A stretch of DNA of 64,000 nt from Octopus vulgaris (taxonomy: Eukaryota), in NCBI GenBank assembly GCA_951406725.2, contig OX597815.1, positions 20,274,001 to 20,338,000 on the forward strand. Direction: 5' to 3'. The notes beneath the pieces were generated by a model, which was given only the letters and a program-made list of their open reading frames with translations, did not search any database and was not told the DNA's origin. A program made the position numbers and the translations under genes. Shown piece after piece: positions 24,132 through 35,460 of the stretch; the first letter of the stretch is position 1, and each line of letters opens with the position of its first letter.

Positions 24132-24515
24132 TGGTGAGTCTTGCCAGAGTTGAGTAATATAAAATAATGTACCGCTCCCTAACTTCACTGCTGGAAGACT
24201 ATCGAAAGATGGCCTTTTGGTTTGTTGTCGACGTCGAAGAAATTAGTTAAGTTTTGCATCGGGGAAAAAAAAACGATACAGGTCGAACATTGTGACACTT
24301 GTAATGGCGGTTGAGCTTTATTTGATAACCAGCTGATCTAGCAAGCGGGGCCTCATATCATTGAGGGGGGGCCAGTGTGCGTTGATGCCATCGAGAGGTA
24401 GGCCCAAAACGGCGCGCATTCTCTCCTGATGACCCCATACACTTGCTGGCTTCCGGTATATACAGAGTTTTTGACTGGTAGCACTTGCATTGTGCAAGTT
24501 GTTTGCACGACATCT
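24132..24515 (+). ncRNA. Candidate structured non-coding RNA (telomerase-RNA-like architecture; identity unproven)
   Basis: No second copy seen in the window, GC-richer than flanks. Long G-U-containing hairpin 24338-24449 capped by GAGA, 3' hairpin followed by ACA-NNN, CCCTAAC at 24177-24183 inside a potential long-range helix. Manual folding only. Confidence 0.35.
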
Positions 24516-25794
24516 ACATAGTATAAAGATCAATGACATAAATACTGTAAAAATTCCAAGACGATATTGTCACACAGTCAAAACATCAACAAGATATTAT
24601 AATGACACGTCATTTAGATTTTGATAAAACGAGTAAATTTATTTTTAAAATTAACTTTGGACTAATTTACATTGAAAGTTCACAAAATGATAACATTAAC
24701 AACAAACATTAATATAATTTTTAGTTTTGATTAAAAAAGATAAAATCAAATGAAGGATATAATTGAGTGATGATATTTGTGTTATATTAACTGAATAATT
24801 AATAGAATTCACTTTAAATCTAAACGAATTATTTTTCATTAGATTTTTCAGTGTCTATACATACCTTAGAGTGGTTGTGCTGGTAAAAATGTTTGAGATA
24901 CAGTTTCAATTCTTGCATAAACCATTTCCCTGAACTTGTTCATTGTTCCATTCTCTCAGGTTGATATTTCTTTCTCACAATCCTTGGAATGTGACCCAAA
25001 ACCTATTTTCTGACAATGTAACACTTCTCTCTCTCCCTTATTTGTTAAGTTTTACTGGCTGTAACTCTACAAAAATGAATTTTTTTTCTTTACCAGATTT
25101 TGTTACATCACTCAATATAATTATTAATTCATAAATTTAAAAGTGCAATTTAATGAAAGCATTAAACTTAAAATAATGACAAACTACAAGTGAACTAGTC
25201 TAAATATCTATTACTGGATCTAGCAGAAAAGGAAGCTAGCCTTTGTCTATATGCAAAACTGTATTGCTATATAAAGCTGTTCACTTTATTCAGCAATAAT
25301 CAATATGTGTTCAGGAGGTATGTCAGTGTTCATGTTATATTATAGTGTAATATGGATATTTACAACTAGAAAGACAAGTTTTATATATTCTTCATAAACC
25401 TTATTCTTGTATGCTTCGAAAATACAATGGTCAATATTGTTAAATTGTTAGTTCACATTGTCTTCAATGCTATAGTCTGTCAACAGCCCAGAAATGTTAC
25501 CCATGTATTAAATACAAACTCAGCTTTTAGGATTGGTACTTATTGCTTTTGGGTCATAGTAAAAATTAAGCAAATGACTAAATTATGACTAATCTTATAT
25601 ATAATGGAATGTTAGTTTTTATCTTTACTAGATGTACTGGTTTTGATATTCCAACTAGGTTAACAGAAAAAAAATAAAATTAAGTTTGAACAGGAATAAC
25701 AAATGATATATACTAATTCTACAAGTCTCAGGTATCTAGCGTTTTATTCACCTGATGTCTCAAATGAAATTATAACAATGAAGACACAAATAAA

Positions 25795-25994
25795 TCATCA
25801 TCATCACCACCACCACCACCACCACCACCACCACCACCACCACCACCACCACCACCACCACCACCACCACCATCACCATCACCACCACCATCACTACCAT
25901 CATCATCATCACCATCATCATCATCACTACCACCACCACCACCACCACCACCACCACCACCACCACCACCACCACCACCACCACCACCACCACC

Positions 25995-26025
<31 letters not shown>
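25795..26025. repeat. (CAC/CAT)n microsatellite grown from a SINE tail
   Basis: Direct inspection; contiguous with the (CAT)n tail of the adjacent element. Confidence 0.95.
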
Positions 26026-26026
<1 letters not shown>

Positions 26027-26540
26027 TGTTTAACGTCTGTTTTCCATGCTAGCATGGGTTGGATGGTTTGACTGGGATCTGGGAAGCCAGGAGGCTGCAC
26101 CAGGCTCCATTCTGATCTGGCAGCGTTTCTACAGCTGGATGCCCTTCCTAACGCCAACCACTCCAAGAGTGTAGTGGGTGCTTTTTATGTGCCACCAGCA
26201 CAGGGGCCAGAGGAGGCTGGCAAACAGCCACGATTGGTTGGTGCTTTTATGTGTCACCGACACGGACGCCAGTCAGGCGGCGCTGGCACCTGCCACGTTC
26301 GGACGGTGCTTTTTACATGTCACCAATTTCCATATGATTTTGATTTTGATGTTGGTGTTGACGTACTTGACTCAATAGGTCTCCTCAAGAACAGCGGGTC
26401 ACTCTGCGATCCAAGGTTAGCACAGCAGGCCGTCCTGCGAGCCATGAACTCACTTCATTTGTCGGGTCTTCACAGTCACAGCATATCTTAGAGGTCTCGG
26501 CCTTCGTCATTTCCTCTGTGAGGCCCTACGTGCCACCGGC
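26009..26540 (-). mobile_element. Retroposon family D ((GAT)n-tailed, probably RTE-mobilised SINE)
   Basis: Recurrent GTTTAACGTC...CCATGCTAGCATGGGTTGGA...GGATGCCCTTCCTAACGCCAACC block with internal GGTGCTTTTACGTGCCACC subrepeats. Further copies near 29811, 32648-33330, 37519-37863, 43404, 60357, 61336 and 63922. Confidence 0.8.
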
Positions 26541-26784
26541 GTGGATATCACAACTACAATATCCATACGATACGATTTTTATTTTGAAGTTGATAAACTT
26601 GACACAATAGGTCTCCTCAAGCACAACGGGTCGTCCTGCAAGCCAGTAAATAGATTAAAAATTCATAAGCATAAATTATTTGCCTTGTCTTTAGGCTCCA
26701 TCCATCTCTGTTGTCTTGGGTTGGAAACTCCATCACAGTTTGTATTGACAAGGCTTTCCTTCGCAAACATTTTATCAATACTAA

Positions 26785-27213
26785 TGTAACAGCACCAATT
26801 ATAACAGGATCTGGAATCGGTATCACTGGAGGGGTGTCCGATCCGATCCCATCACATTCAATTTAGTTAAATATAACAGACGAAGTCAGGTTATCTGGGA
26901 AAGACAGCAAATGTTGTTTTATTACTCATGATGGTGTACGTATTTTCTGACAGCCGAATCTTTGTACTGCTTCTTGTCGGTTGATTGAAGTGGTTCGATG
27001 TGTCCACTGCTAAGTCGATGCGTAGTTAGTTCTCAGAGACTTCTAATGCACGTCTGTTCACGAGCGCTGTTGGGGCCAGAGAGGGTGAGTGAGTGGACTG
27101 TGCCTTAGGGATCAGTTTCCCGCACATGCGTATGGGGAAGACTTCCAGTGGCCACCCGGAAGTAGTCCCATTCTGCGCATGCGCGCTGAACCTTACACAG
27201 TAGCATCACTACA
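26785..27213 (-). mobile_element. Solo LTR (Gypsy-like)
   Basis: TGTA...TACA termini, 4-bp TSD CTAA (26781-26784, 27214-27217), AATAAA on the minus strand near 26920, GC-richer than flanks. Confidence 0.8.
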
Positions 27214-27603
27214 CTAATATATAAACCAAGGAGATCTCAACATGGTTTCTAGACCTTATAGAAATAACAGCCAAATCTCCTTAAAATTGCACCTTATCTT
27301 AAAATCATGGACACATTAGATGATGTAGTTGTAGATTCACAACATGAGCCAAAGAGGGAGTTCTTTGGTGGTTACTCAACTGCTAGAAGTAGTAGCCAAA
27401 TGTCATTCAGTCACATCTATAGGAAAACAAATACATTGGATAATATACTCAACATTTCCCTACAAAAATGAGATCATCATAGATAGAATGCTTGATCAGG
27501 ATACCTTATGGTTGTTCCTTTGTACTGGCTGAAAACACTGCCCTTATGTACATATATTTAACCTTCTAGCTGTCACTTCAAACTACTCACACACACACAC
27601 ATG

Positions 27604-27634
<31 letters not shown>

Positions 27635-28122
27635 ACACACACACACACGCATGAACATACATATGGAGCTCTATGAGGATGACATCACTTTTCACTTCCC
27701 AAAACATTTCCCATGATGTGTCCATCACATCTAAAGTTACACTTACCCCAGTTTTGACACACCCACCACTGGATGCCTGGTGACTCGGTTCCATTCAACA
27801 TGACAAAGTTACCACACAAGGAAATATATCTCAATAATACAGTTTTATTACTCATAATCAGAAGTTCAAACTGAAAACACAACAATGACAATCATAACAG
27901 TGTATATAGGCCTTTGATGACCTTAGTTACCGATCTTCCTTCACTGACTAATTAATAATTAAACACCTCATTCTACAAGCTCGTACCTTGATCATCTGAC
28001 TCATTCTAAGCATGGCTGAGTGGTAAAAGAAATTTGCTTCCTAACCTTGTTGGCCCAAGTTCAGTCCCATTGTGTGGTAGCTTAGGCAACTAACTTCTAT
28101 TGCCTCAGGCCAACTAAAACTA

Positions 28123-28338
28123 ATACCTATTTCTTTACTACCCACAAGGGGCTAAACACAGAGAGGACAAACAAGGACCGACAATCGGCTTAAGCCGATT
28201 ATATCGACCCCAGGGTGTAACTGGTACTTATTTAATCGACCCCGAAAGGATGAAAGGCAAAGTTGACCTCAGCGGAATTTGAACTCAGAACGTAACGGCA
28301 GGCGAAATACGGCTACGCATTTCGTCCGGCGTGCTAAC
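28123..28338 (-). mobile_element. SINE family B
   Basis: Full-length reverse copy flanked by direct repeat TAAAACTAATACCT. Confidence 0.88.
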
Positions 28339-28677
28339 GATTCTGCCAGCTCACCGCCTTAATAAAACTAATACCTAGATCATCTGACTCATTCTAAGCA
28401 TGGCTGTGTGGTAAAAGAAATTTTCTTCCTAACTTTGTTGGCCCAAGTTCAATCCCATTGTGTGGTAGCTTAGGCGACTAACTTCTTTTGCCTCAGGCCG
28501 ACTAAAGCCCTTTGAGTAATATTTAAAAAGAGAGAAACTGTGGAAACTAAAAGCCACGCTTGTTCTTGGGTGGCAGATTTAACTCTTTTATGACCATTAT
28601 TTCTGTTGGAATATGCCACTTTTGTTTCAATTACTTTTGAAAATAACAATTCAGTAAAATAATTTTGTCATTATTAA

Positions 28678-28865
28678 GCTACTCGGCCTTTTGGCTAAGA
28701 TCAAAGTGTAGTATACGTTCTTAGCTTAATATCTGATATGGTCCCTATTTGGGACCATCGATATTAAACTGATTTTTAGAACGAGGCGAAGAGTTAGGGG
28801 GCTTGCTCCAACTTTGCCACGGGTTGGCCTGGTATAGCAGTACTTCCAGGATTCAGCCCATCTCT
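28678..28865 (+). pseudogene. U2: U2 snRNA retropseudogene (near full length)
   Basis: CTCGGCCTTTTGGCTAAGATCAAAGTGTAGTA (branch-site pairing GUAGUA), stem IIb GGTCCC/GGGACC, Sm-like ATTTTTAG, stem III GGGGCTTGCTCC, stem IV CCTGG-TATAGCAGTA...CCAGG. A TCA deletion breaks stem IIa. Confidence 0.95.
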
Positions 28866-28942
28866 CACCTGGAATGGCAGTGCCCCAGCATAGCCACAGC
28901 TCATGAGCTGAAACTAGATGAAATAAGAAAAATAAATGAAAT
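28866..28942 (+). mobile_element. LINE 3' terminus fused to the U2 copy
   Basis: GAATGGCAGTGCCCCAGCATAGCCACAGCTCATGAGCTGAAACTAGAT plus A-rich tail; nearly identical to the reverse complement of 4488-4535. Confidence 0.9.
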
Positions 28943-29164
28943 TATGATGGATGGTAGATCTTTTTAAAAATGGAAGTTTGTATCATAGAACAAGAGGCAG
29001 TTTCGGGTAGGTTTGCAATGAAAATGGTATTCCACAGTGTGGTTTAACACCATCAACAATCTATTGGGTACCTTTAAATGGAATCCACTTTGTTGCAAGC
29101 TTTTGGTCCAGCACTACTTCCACTAGTCTAGGAGGCCTTGAGAAATTAAAGCAACACACACATG

Positions 29165-29205
<41 letters not shown>

Positions 29206-30882
29206 ACACATTCACACACACACATATGTGCGCGTGCAACAAATCTTTCAAGTTTTCTGACAAATCTAAACTTTGAAATGTCATTCACCTTGTTTGCCTT
29301 ACTCTTAGAAGCAAAAGTGTGAGTTTTCATATAATAATAATAAAATATAAATATTAAAAAAAGGAAGCAAAATTAATAGTCATATAATTAAATAACTGCT
29401 TCTACTTTCAGCATGTGACTTGATGTTCTAGAATATAGACTACAGGGTGGAGAATCTCTTGAAAGACAGCAATCATTAGTTGTCTTATTTCCACATAGAA
29501 TGTGAAAAAAGTTCTCTTTCTTCGATATTGCTTCAAGCATTAACAATAATAATGCTGAATACAGTATCATTATCATTACCATCATCATCAGTATTATTAT
29601 TCTTTCAACTCTTTATGTTCTGAGTTCAAATACTGCCAAGGTAAGCTTTGCCTATCATCCGTTCGGAGTTGATAAAATAAAGTACCAGCCAAGTACTGGG
29701 ATTGGGATTATCAACTTTCCCTTCCACTCTAAAATTCTTCAACTTGTGCCTATAGTAGAAAATATTATTATTTGGTGAGCTAGCAGACTCATTACCACAC
29801 CAGGCAAAATCATCATCATCATCGTTTAACGTCAGTTTTCCATGCTAGCATGGGTTGGACGGTTCAACTGGGGTCTGGGAAGCCAGAAGGCTGTGCCAGG
29901 CCCAGTCTGATCTGGCAGTGTTTCTACGGCTGGATGCTCTTCCTAACGCCAACCACTCCATGAGTGTAGTGGGTGCTTTTTACATGCCACCTGCACAGGT
30001 GCCAGATGAGGCTGGCAAACGGCCACGATCGGATGGTGCATTTTACGTCTGTCTTCATGTTCTGAGTTCAAATTCCACCGAAGTTGACTTTGCTCTTCAT
30101 CCTTTTGGGGTTGATAAATTAAGTACCAGTTGAACACTAGGGTCGATGTAATCAACTTACCCCTTCCTCCAGAATTGCAGACTCTGTGCCAAAATTTGAA
30201 ATCATCTTTATTATTGTTGTTGTTGTTGTTGTTAAACAACAAGACGGGTAAGAGTGATTAGGTGATGGTCTGGGTCTTAGGGGCGGGAGACCCCAGACCT
30301 TGGGGAAAAAAAAACCTTTGGTCATCTTGTTGTAGTCGAGGGCTCTTCGTTGATGCTCGACACCACCGGGAGGTAGATGGCCCTCGAAGTCACTGGAAAT
30401 GGAGATCTCCAGGTCCAAATTCTTGAACGGCTGTTGTTGTTGCTGCAGGACTGTGGCTTGGCAGAATCATTAGAGTGTAGGTAAAAATGCCTTGAGGTAT
30501 TCAAACTTTATGTTGTAAGTTCAAATCTCTCCAAAGTCAACTTTGTCTTTCATCCCCCCATGGTTGATAAAATAAAGCATCAGTCAAGTCCTAGATTAAT
30601 GATATTGACTAACAACATTCCCTCATGACAGCTGGCCTGGCCTTGTGCCTAAGTAAAAAATGATTATTATTACTCAGGAGAATCATTAAAACATGAGACA
30701 AAATACTTTGCAAAATTTTTTTTTCCAGCTCCATACTTCCTGAGTTCAATTCCTGCCATGGTCAACTTCGCCTTTCATCTTTCCAGGGTCAACAAAATAT
30801 GTTCCAGTTCAGCATAGGGGTCAATGTAATTGACTTACCTTTGCCCTTAATAACTGCAGGCTTTGTGCCAAGATTAGAAAAT

Positions 30883-30930
<48 letters not shown>

Positions 30931-31127
30931 CATCACTGATTGTCACACTGATTCGTATATTTTAATATACATATTGCTAACAATTCAGTCCGAACATTTT
31001 CATACATACAACCAATAATACTCTGAAGACTTTTGTTTACTAGAAAGACATTTTAACTGTTCATCTCACTCAACATTTTCTTAAGACAATCTTTCTGGGT
31101 CAGTAGTGACCAGTGTAAGTCTCTTAA

Positions 31128-31349
31128 CCCTTTCATTACCAACCTGGCTGAAACTGGCCCTGGCTCTGAGTACAAATGTCTTGTTTTCATAAGTTTCGAA
31201 TAAAAATCTTCCACCAAACACCTTAGTCACAATTTATGTTCCTAACACTAGCTGAATGATAACTAAGTTATTTTACTAAATTCTTTGTTATATTTAAAGT
31301 AATTGAAATAAACACAGAGCATCTCAAAATAAATACAGTAAAGAAATGG
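31128..31349. mobile_element. piggyBac-like MITE
   Basis: TTAA|CCCTTTC...GAAATGG|TTAA. Confidence 0.75.
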
Positions 31350-32647
31350 TTAAGCATTAGCTAAAAATACTTTTACATTTCAGAAAAGATTCATCTCTTA
31401 TAAAACTTCACTCTCTTCTCTTTATAACAACAATCAACAACTACAACATACCAACTCTAAATTCTTTAATTTGTAAACCAAAGCATTTACAAACTGCTTT
31501 ACATTTTAATTTTTTCTAAGCTTGCATGGATGAGAGTATTTTTTCTTTTTGTTAAAGTATTTGTTTTTACAGATAGTTAAGTTAGTGTTAATATGTTCAA
31601 TGTGGAGTGGATAAAAAAAAAATCTAATCAGAAATACTTATGTGGTGAGGAAATGATAAGACTAACTCAATGACTAATATTTTAATAATTTTATCAAGGA
31701 TAGAGTACGATAGACACAAAATTGACTTTTCAGTAAAATATTAGTACTGATGGATAAAAGATAGTCTTAAGATTACCATAGGTATAATATAAAGTTTTAT
31801 TATGTCAGTAAGTACTAGAACCTCTGTATTGTCAATGAAGTACAGTGATGATAAACATAGAAATTACAAGTAGGAGAAGTATCATTATTGAGGTCCAGAA
31901 ACATTTTTGAACTTGCTGATCTGATTGTCTGTAACACAAAAAACCTCTTTGACTTATAGAACAAATTTACATGCAGATAAACTTATTCTGAGCAGGAAAC
32001 AGGATATCAAATAATTAAACAGCTCTTAAAGATATACACTACTCAATATAATCTTGTAAAATCGTTAAAGGATACTGATGAGTTGCAACCATGTTTGTAT
32101 TGGTTAAGGAGTTTCTTCCGCAACTACATAGTTCAGGATTTGATCTAACTGCCTGGGAACTTGAGCAAGTGCCTTTTCCATCTAGAAGAATGAAAGATAA
32201 ATGTAAGCTAAATATACATGTATTTGCTGTGAGAAAAAGAAAAATTATCAATATTTTGAACATAGGCCCTTTTTCAAGAAGTACCAGAAAAGAAAAAGTG
32301 TGTGTTGTTATGAAGGAGTTATAGCATTATAACCTTAGGGTTACTAATAACTTGTGAGTAGAATTTGCTATAAGGAAACTATGCAGAAGCCTGACGTGTG
32401 TGTGTGTGTGTGTGTGTGTGTCTGCATGTGCATATGTGTAAATCTTGTGCACTTTAAACTTTAAATTGCTTGACAAATAATCAGTATTTAGAACTTGATA
32501 TGTAACCTCACCTGTGATATTGTATTTATGTTATTTGTAGTGAATCTAGAATTTAGATGTTTCACAGAGTGTATGAAGAAAATAAAACAAAACATGAGAG
32601 ATTGTTTGTAAGATATTTAGTTGCACCAGTTTACATATGTTTCATTT

Positions 32648-33330
32648 ACGACCCAGCAAGCCAAATGAGATCATAACCTCGTGGCCTATGCCAGGAATGT
32701 AACCAGCCCACTTATGCGTACCTTTTCCTTCTTTGGACACTAAACTCTGCTTGCGAAGACCTGTTGAGGCAAGTGAAATCAATCAAAATGAAATTCGATG
32801 ACTGGCGTCCGTGCTGGCAGGGTTCAAAGAGCCCCATATGAGTGTGATCATTGACAGAGTGGCTAACCGGCTTCCGTGCCAGTGGCACATAAAAAGTACC
32901 ATTCGAGTGTGATCGTTACCAGCATTGTCTTACTGGCACTTATGTCTATGCTAGTAGGATGCCAAGAGCACCATCCGAGTGTGATTGTTGCCAGAGAGGC
33001 TAACTGGCTTCTGTGCCAGTGGCACGTAAAAGGCATCATTTGAGCGTGATTGTTACCAGCGTTGCCTTACTGGCACTTGTGCCAGTGGCATGTGTAAAAA
33101 GATTCAAGTGAGGTCATTGCCAGTACTGCCTGACTGGCCCCTGTGCCGATGGCATGTAAAAGCACCCACTACTCTTTCGGAGTGGTTGGTGTTAGGAAGG
33201 GCATCCAGTTGTAGAAACTCTGCCAAATCAAGATTGAAGCCTGGTGCAGCCATCTGGTTCGCCAGCCCTCAGTCAAATCGTCCAACCCATGCTAGCATGG
33301 AAAGCGGATGTTAAACGATGATGATGATGA
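32648..33330 (+). mobile_element. Retroposon family D, long copy with internal tandem subrepeats
   Basis: Repeated GTGCCAGTGGCAC.TAAAA and GAGTGTGATCGTTACCAG units; (GAT)n tail. Confidence 0.8.
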
Positions 33331-33714
33331 TTATTATTATTAGTTATATGATGTAAATTGCATAATCAAGACTTACCAACATCTCTACAATGGTTGGGTC
33401 AGCCAACATTTCTACAATCCAATGTTATGTCTAAAAGTTTCACATTTTTGATGATTTGACAAGCGTCTTGACTATATAATCTACATTATATAATTCTAAT
33501 AACCACCATTGTGGAAGTCGTACCACAGTCAGTGGGTGTAGGATTGGCCAGCTAATATTTGCAGAGAACATGATGCTACTTGGTTGAATGGAAGGCAATG
33601 CCCAGCCAGCATGCACTGAACAGGTTTGCTGCTGAGTACTGAAAGGCAAGGATGATAGTGTTGTGAGGATTGAGGCATTTGTCCTCTCAAGAAAATCTGG
33701 TTAGTGCACTCTGC

Positions 33715-34320
33715 ATGTTAGTGGAACATCAGTGACACAGATGGAGAAGTTTAAGAATCTAGGAGCTGTATTTATAAGTGATGGAAGGCAGAAGGCTGAA
33801 GTGGATGCTAGAACTGCAGATGCTGGCACCATGGGTCAGCTCCAACATTTGATTCTCAGAAGAGAGGAAATTGGTAAAAAGCCAGACTTGCTATCTTCAG
33901 TTTGGTTTCAATGCTTATCCCCACCTATGGTCATGAATGTTGGGTAATGGCCAAAAGAGTACAATTGTAAATATAATCAGCCAAAATGATGTTCCTTCAA
34001 AGGATTTATGGAACAAAGTCTTTCGACAGGGAGTTTCTCCAAGCTGAATAACTACTTCTGTAAATGGAGAGGTCACAGCTCCAGTACTACAGACAAAATG
34101 GTTAGAATGTCATGGGAAAGAATTGAAGATGGATTTTTCTGCTGAGTCAACTAGCAGAAAATCTAGGGGTAAACCAAGAAGGAAATGGTTGGATAATATC
34201 CATAGTCTTAGTTGATCATACTTGTAAATCCAATCCAATCAGAAAGTCTATGACAGTTGCTTCTGATAGGACCCTATGGAGGACATGCTTGAGGACTCTA
34301 CCCCATGACCATCCCAGAAA
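33715..34320 (+). mobile_element. Decayed RTE-clade LINE 3' fragment
   Basis: EKFKNLGAVFISDGRQKAEVDART and frameshifted TYGHECW; downstream GKPRRKWLDNI, typical of the RTE C-terminus. Confidence 0.75.
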
Positions 34321-34348
34321 TAGTGAGTAGTATAGCTGAATATATATA

Positions 34349-34393
<45 letters not shown>

Positions 34394-34541
34394 ACATACA
34401 TATAAGAGGGAATTTTACCACTATGTGGAAACCCTTATGCTAATGCTAGAAGAAGATCCGCTATGGTTTAACCACTAAGAATAGTTCTCTAGAAAATACT
34501 GCAGTGAATTATTTTATGCAGTATATATATATCATCATCAT

Positions 34542-34572
<31 letters not shown>

Positions 34573-35036
34573 ATGCAGTTAAATATATGTCTGTTCATAG
34601 AGTACTTAGTTTTATAGATGACTTGTCATCAGACTCTAATGGTGAAGGGTATATAAACCCTCTTCAAACCAGGGTTAAAAATCCGTTATGGTCAGTTGAT
34701 TTGGACACAAAAAATATATATCATCATCATCACCACCACCACCACCACCACTACCATCATTATTCCACAGTTTTTATGCTGGCATAACTTTGACATTTTG
34801 ACAGGATCTAATCAGCTGGAAGATCACAACTTGCTCTAGCAGTTCAATTTTGGTGTGGCTTCCTAATGCCAACCACTTTACGGAGTGTATTGAGTGCTTT
34901 CTTTTATAGTCTGTGCTAATGAGTTTATACCAGTGGGGTTATTCATTTACAGTTTTCCATGAAAACATGTCTGGCCATTGTTTCTAACAAAGGCACTTGG
35001 CCTGAGATTTGAGGAGAAATGTTACCTAATTACATA

Positions 35037-35460
35037 GGCGCAGGAGTGGCTGTGTGGTAAGTAGCTTGTCTACCAACCACTTGGTTCCGGGTTCAGTCCC
35101 ACTGCGTGACACCTTGGGCAAGTGTCTTCTACTATAGCCTTGGGCCAACCAAAGCCTTGTGAGTGGATTTGGTAGACGGAAACTGAAAGAAGCCCGTCGT
35201 ATATATTTATTTATATATATATATATATATGCGTGTGTGTGTTTGTGTGTCTGTGTTTGTCCCCCTAGCATTGCTTGACAACCGATGCTGGTGTGTTTAT
35301 GTCCCCGTTACTTAGCGGTTTGGCAAAAGAGACCGATAGAATAAGTACTTGGCTTACAAAAGAATAAGTCCTGGGGTCGAGTTGCTCGATTAAAGGCGGT
35401 GCTCCAGCATGGCCGCAGTCAAATGACTGAAACAAGTAAAAGAGTAAAAGAGTAAAGAGT
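35037..35460 (+). mobile_element. SINE family A, full length
   Basis: GGCGCAGGAGTGGCTGTGTGGTAAG head, GGGTTCAGTCCC B box, central (TA)(TG) tract, (GTAAAAGA)n tail. Confidence 0.9.

Larger units (their letters stand above)
28579..29030. mobile_element. Old TTAA/piggyBac-type MITE interrupted by the U2-LINE insert
   Basis: Both flanks of the insert align by eye to the reverse complement of the MITE at 31128-31349 (TTTCAATTACTTT...AGTAAAATAA...AGCT on the left; CAGTTTC...AGGTT...AATGAAA on the right). Confidence 0.7.

Noticed and set aside
24195-24202. U3 snoRNA 5' end (AAGACTAT)
   Set aside because: Only 8 nt match; box A and correctly ordered C', B, C and D boxes are absent.
24261-24440. Type II hammerhead using CTGATGA at 24426 and GAAA at 24264
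   Set aside because: No credible stem III or cleavage triplet geometry.
25703-26071. Poly-histidine protein ORF
   Set aside because: (CAC/CAT)n expansion of a retroposon tail.
28678-28865. Functional U2 snRNA gene
   Set aside because: Stem IIa deletion, upstream DNA is MITE sequence, and a LINE tail replaces the normal 3' flank.
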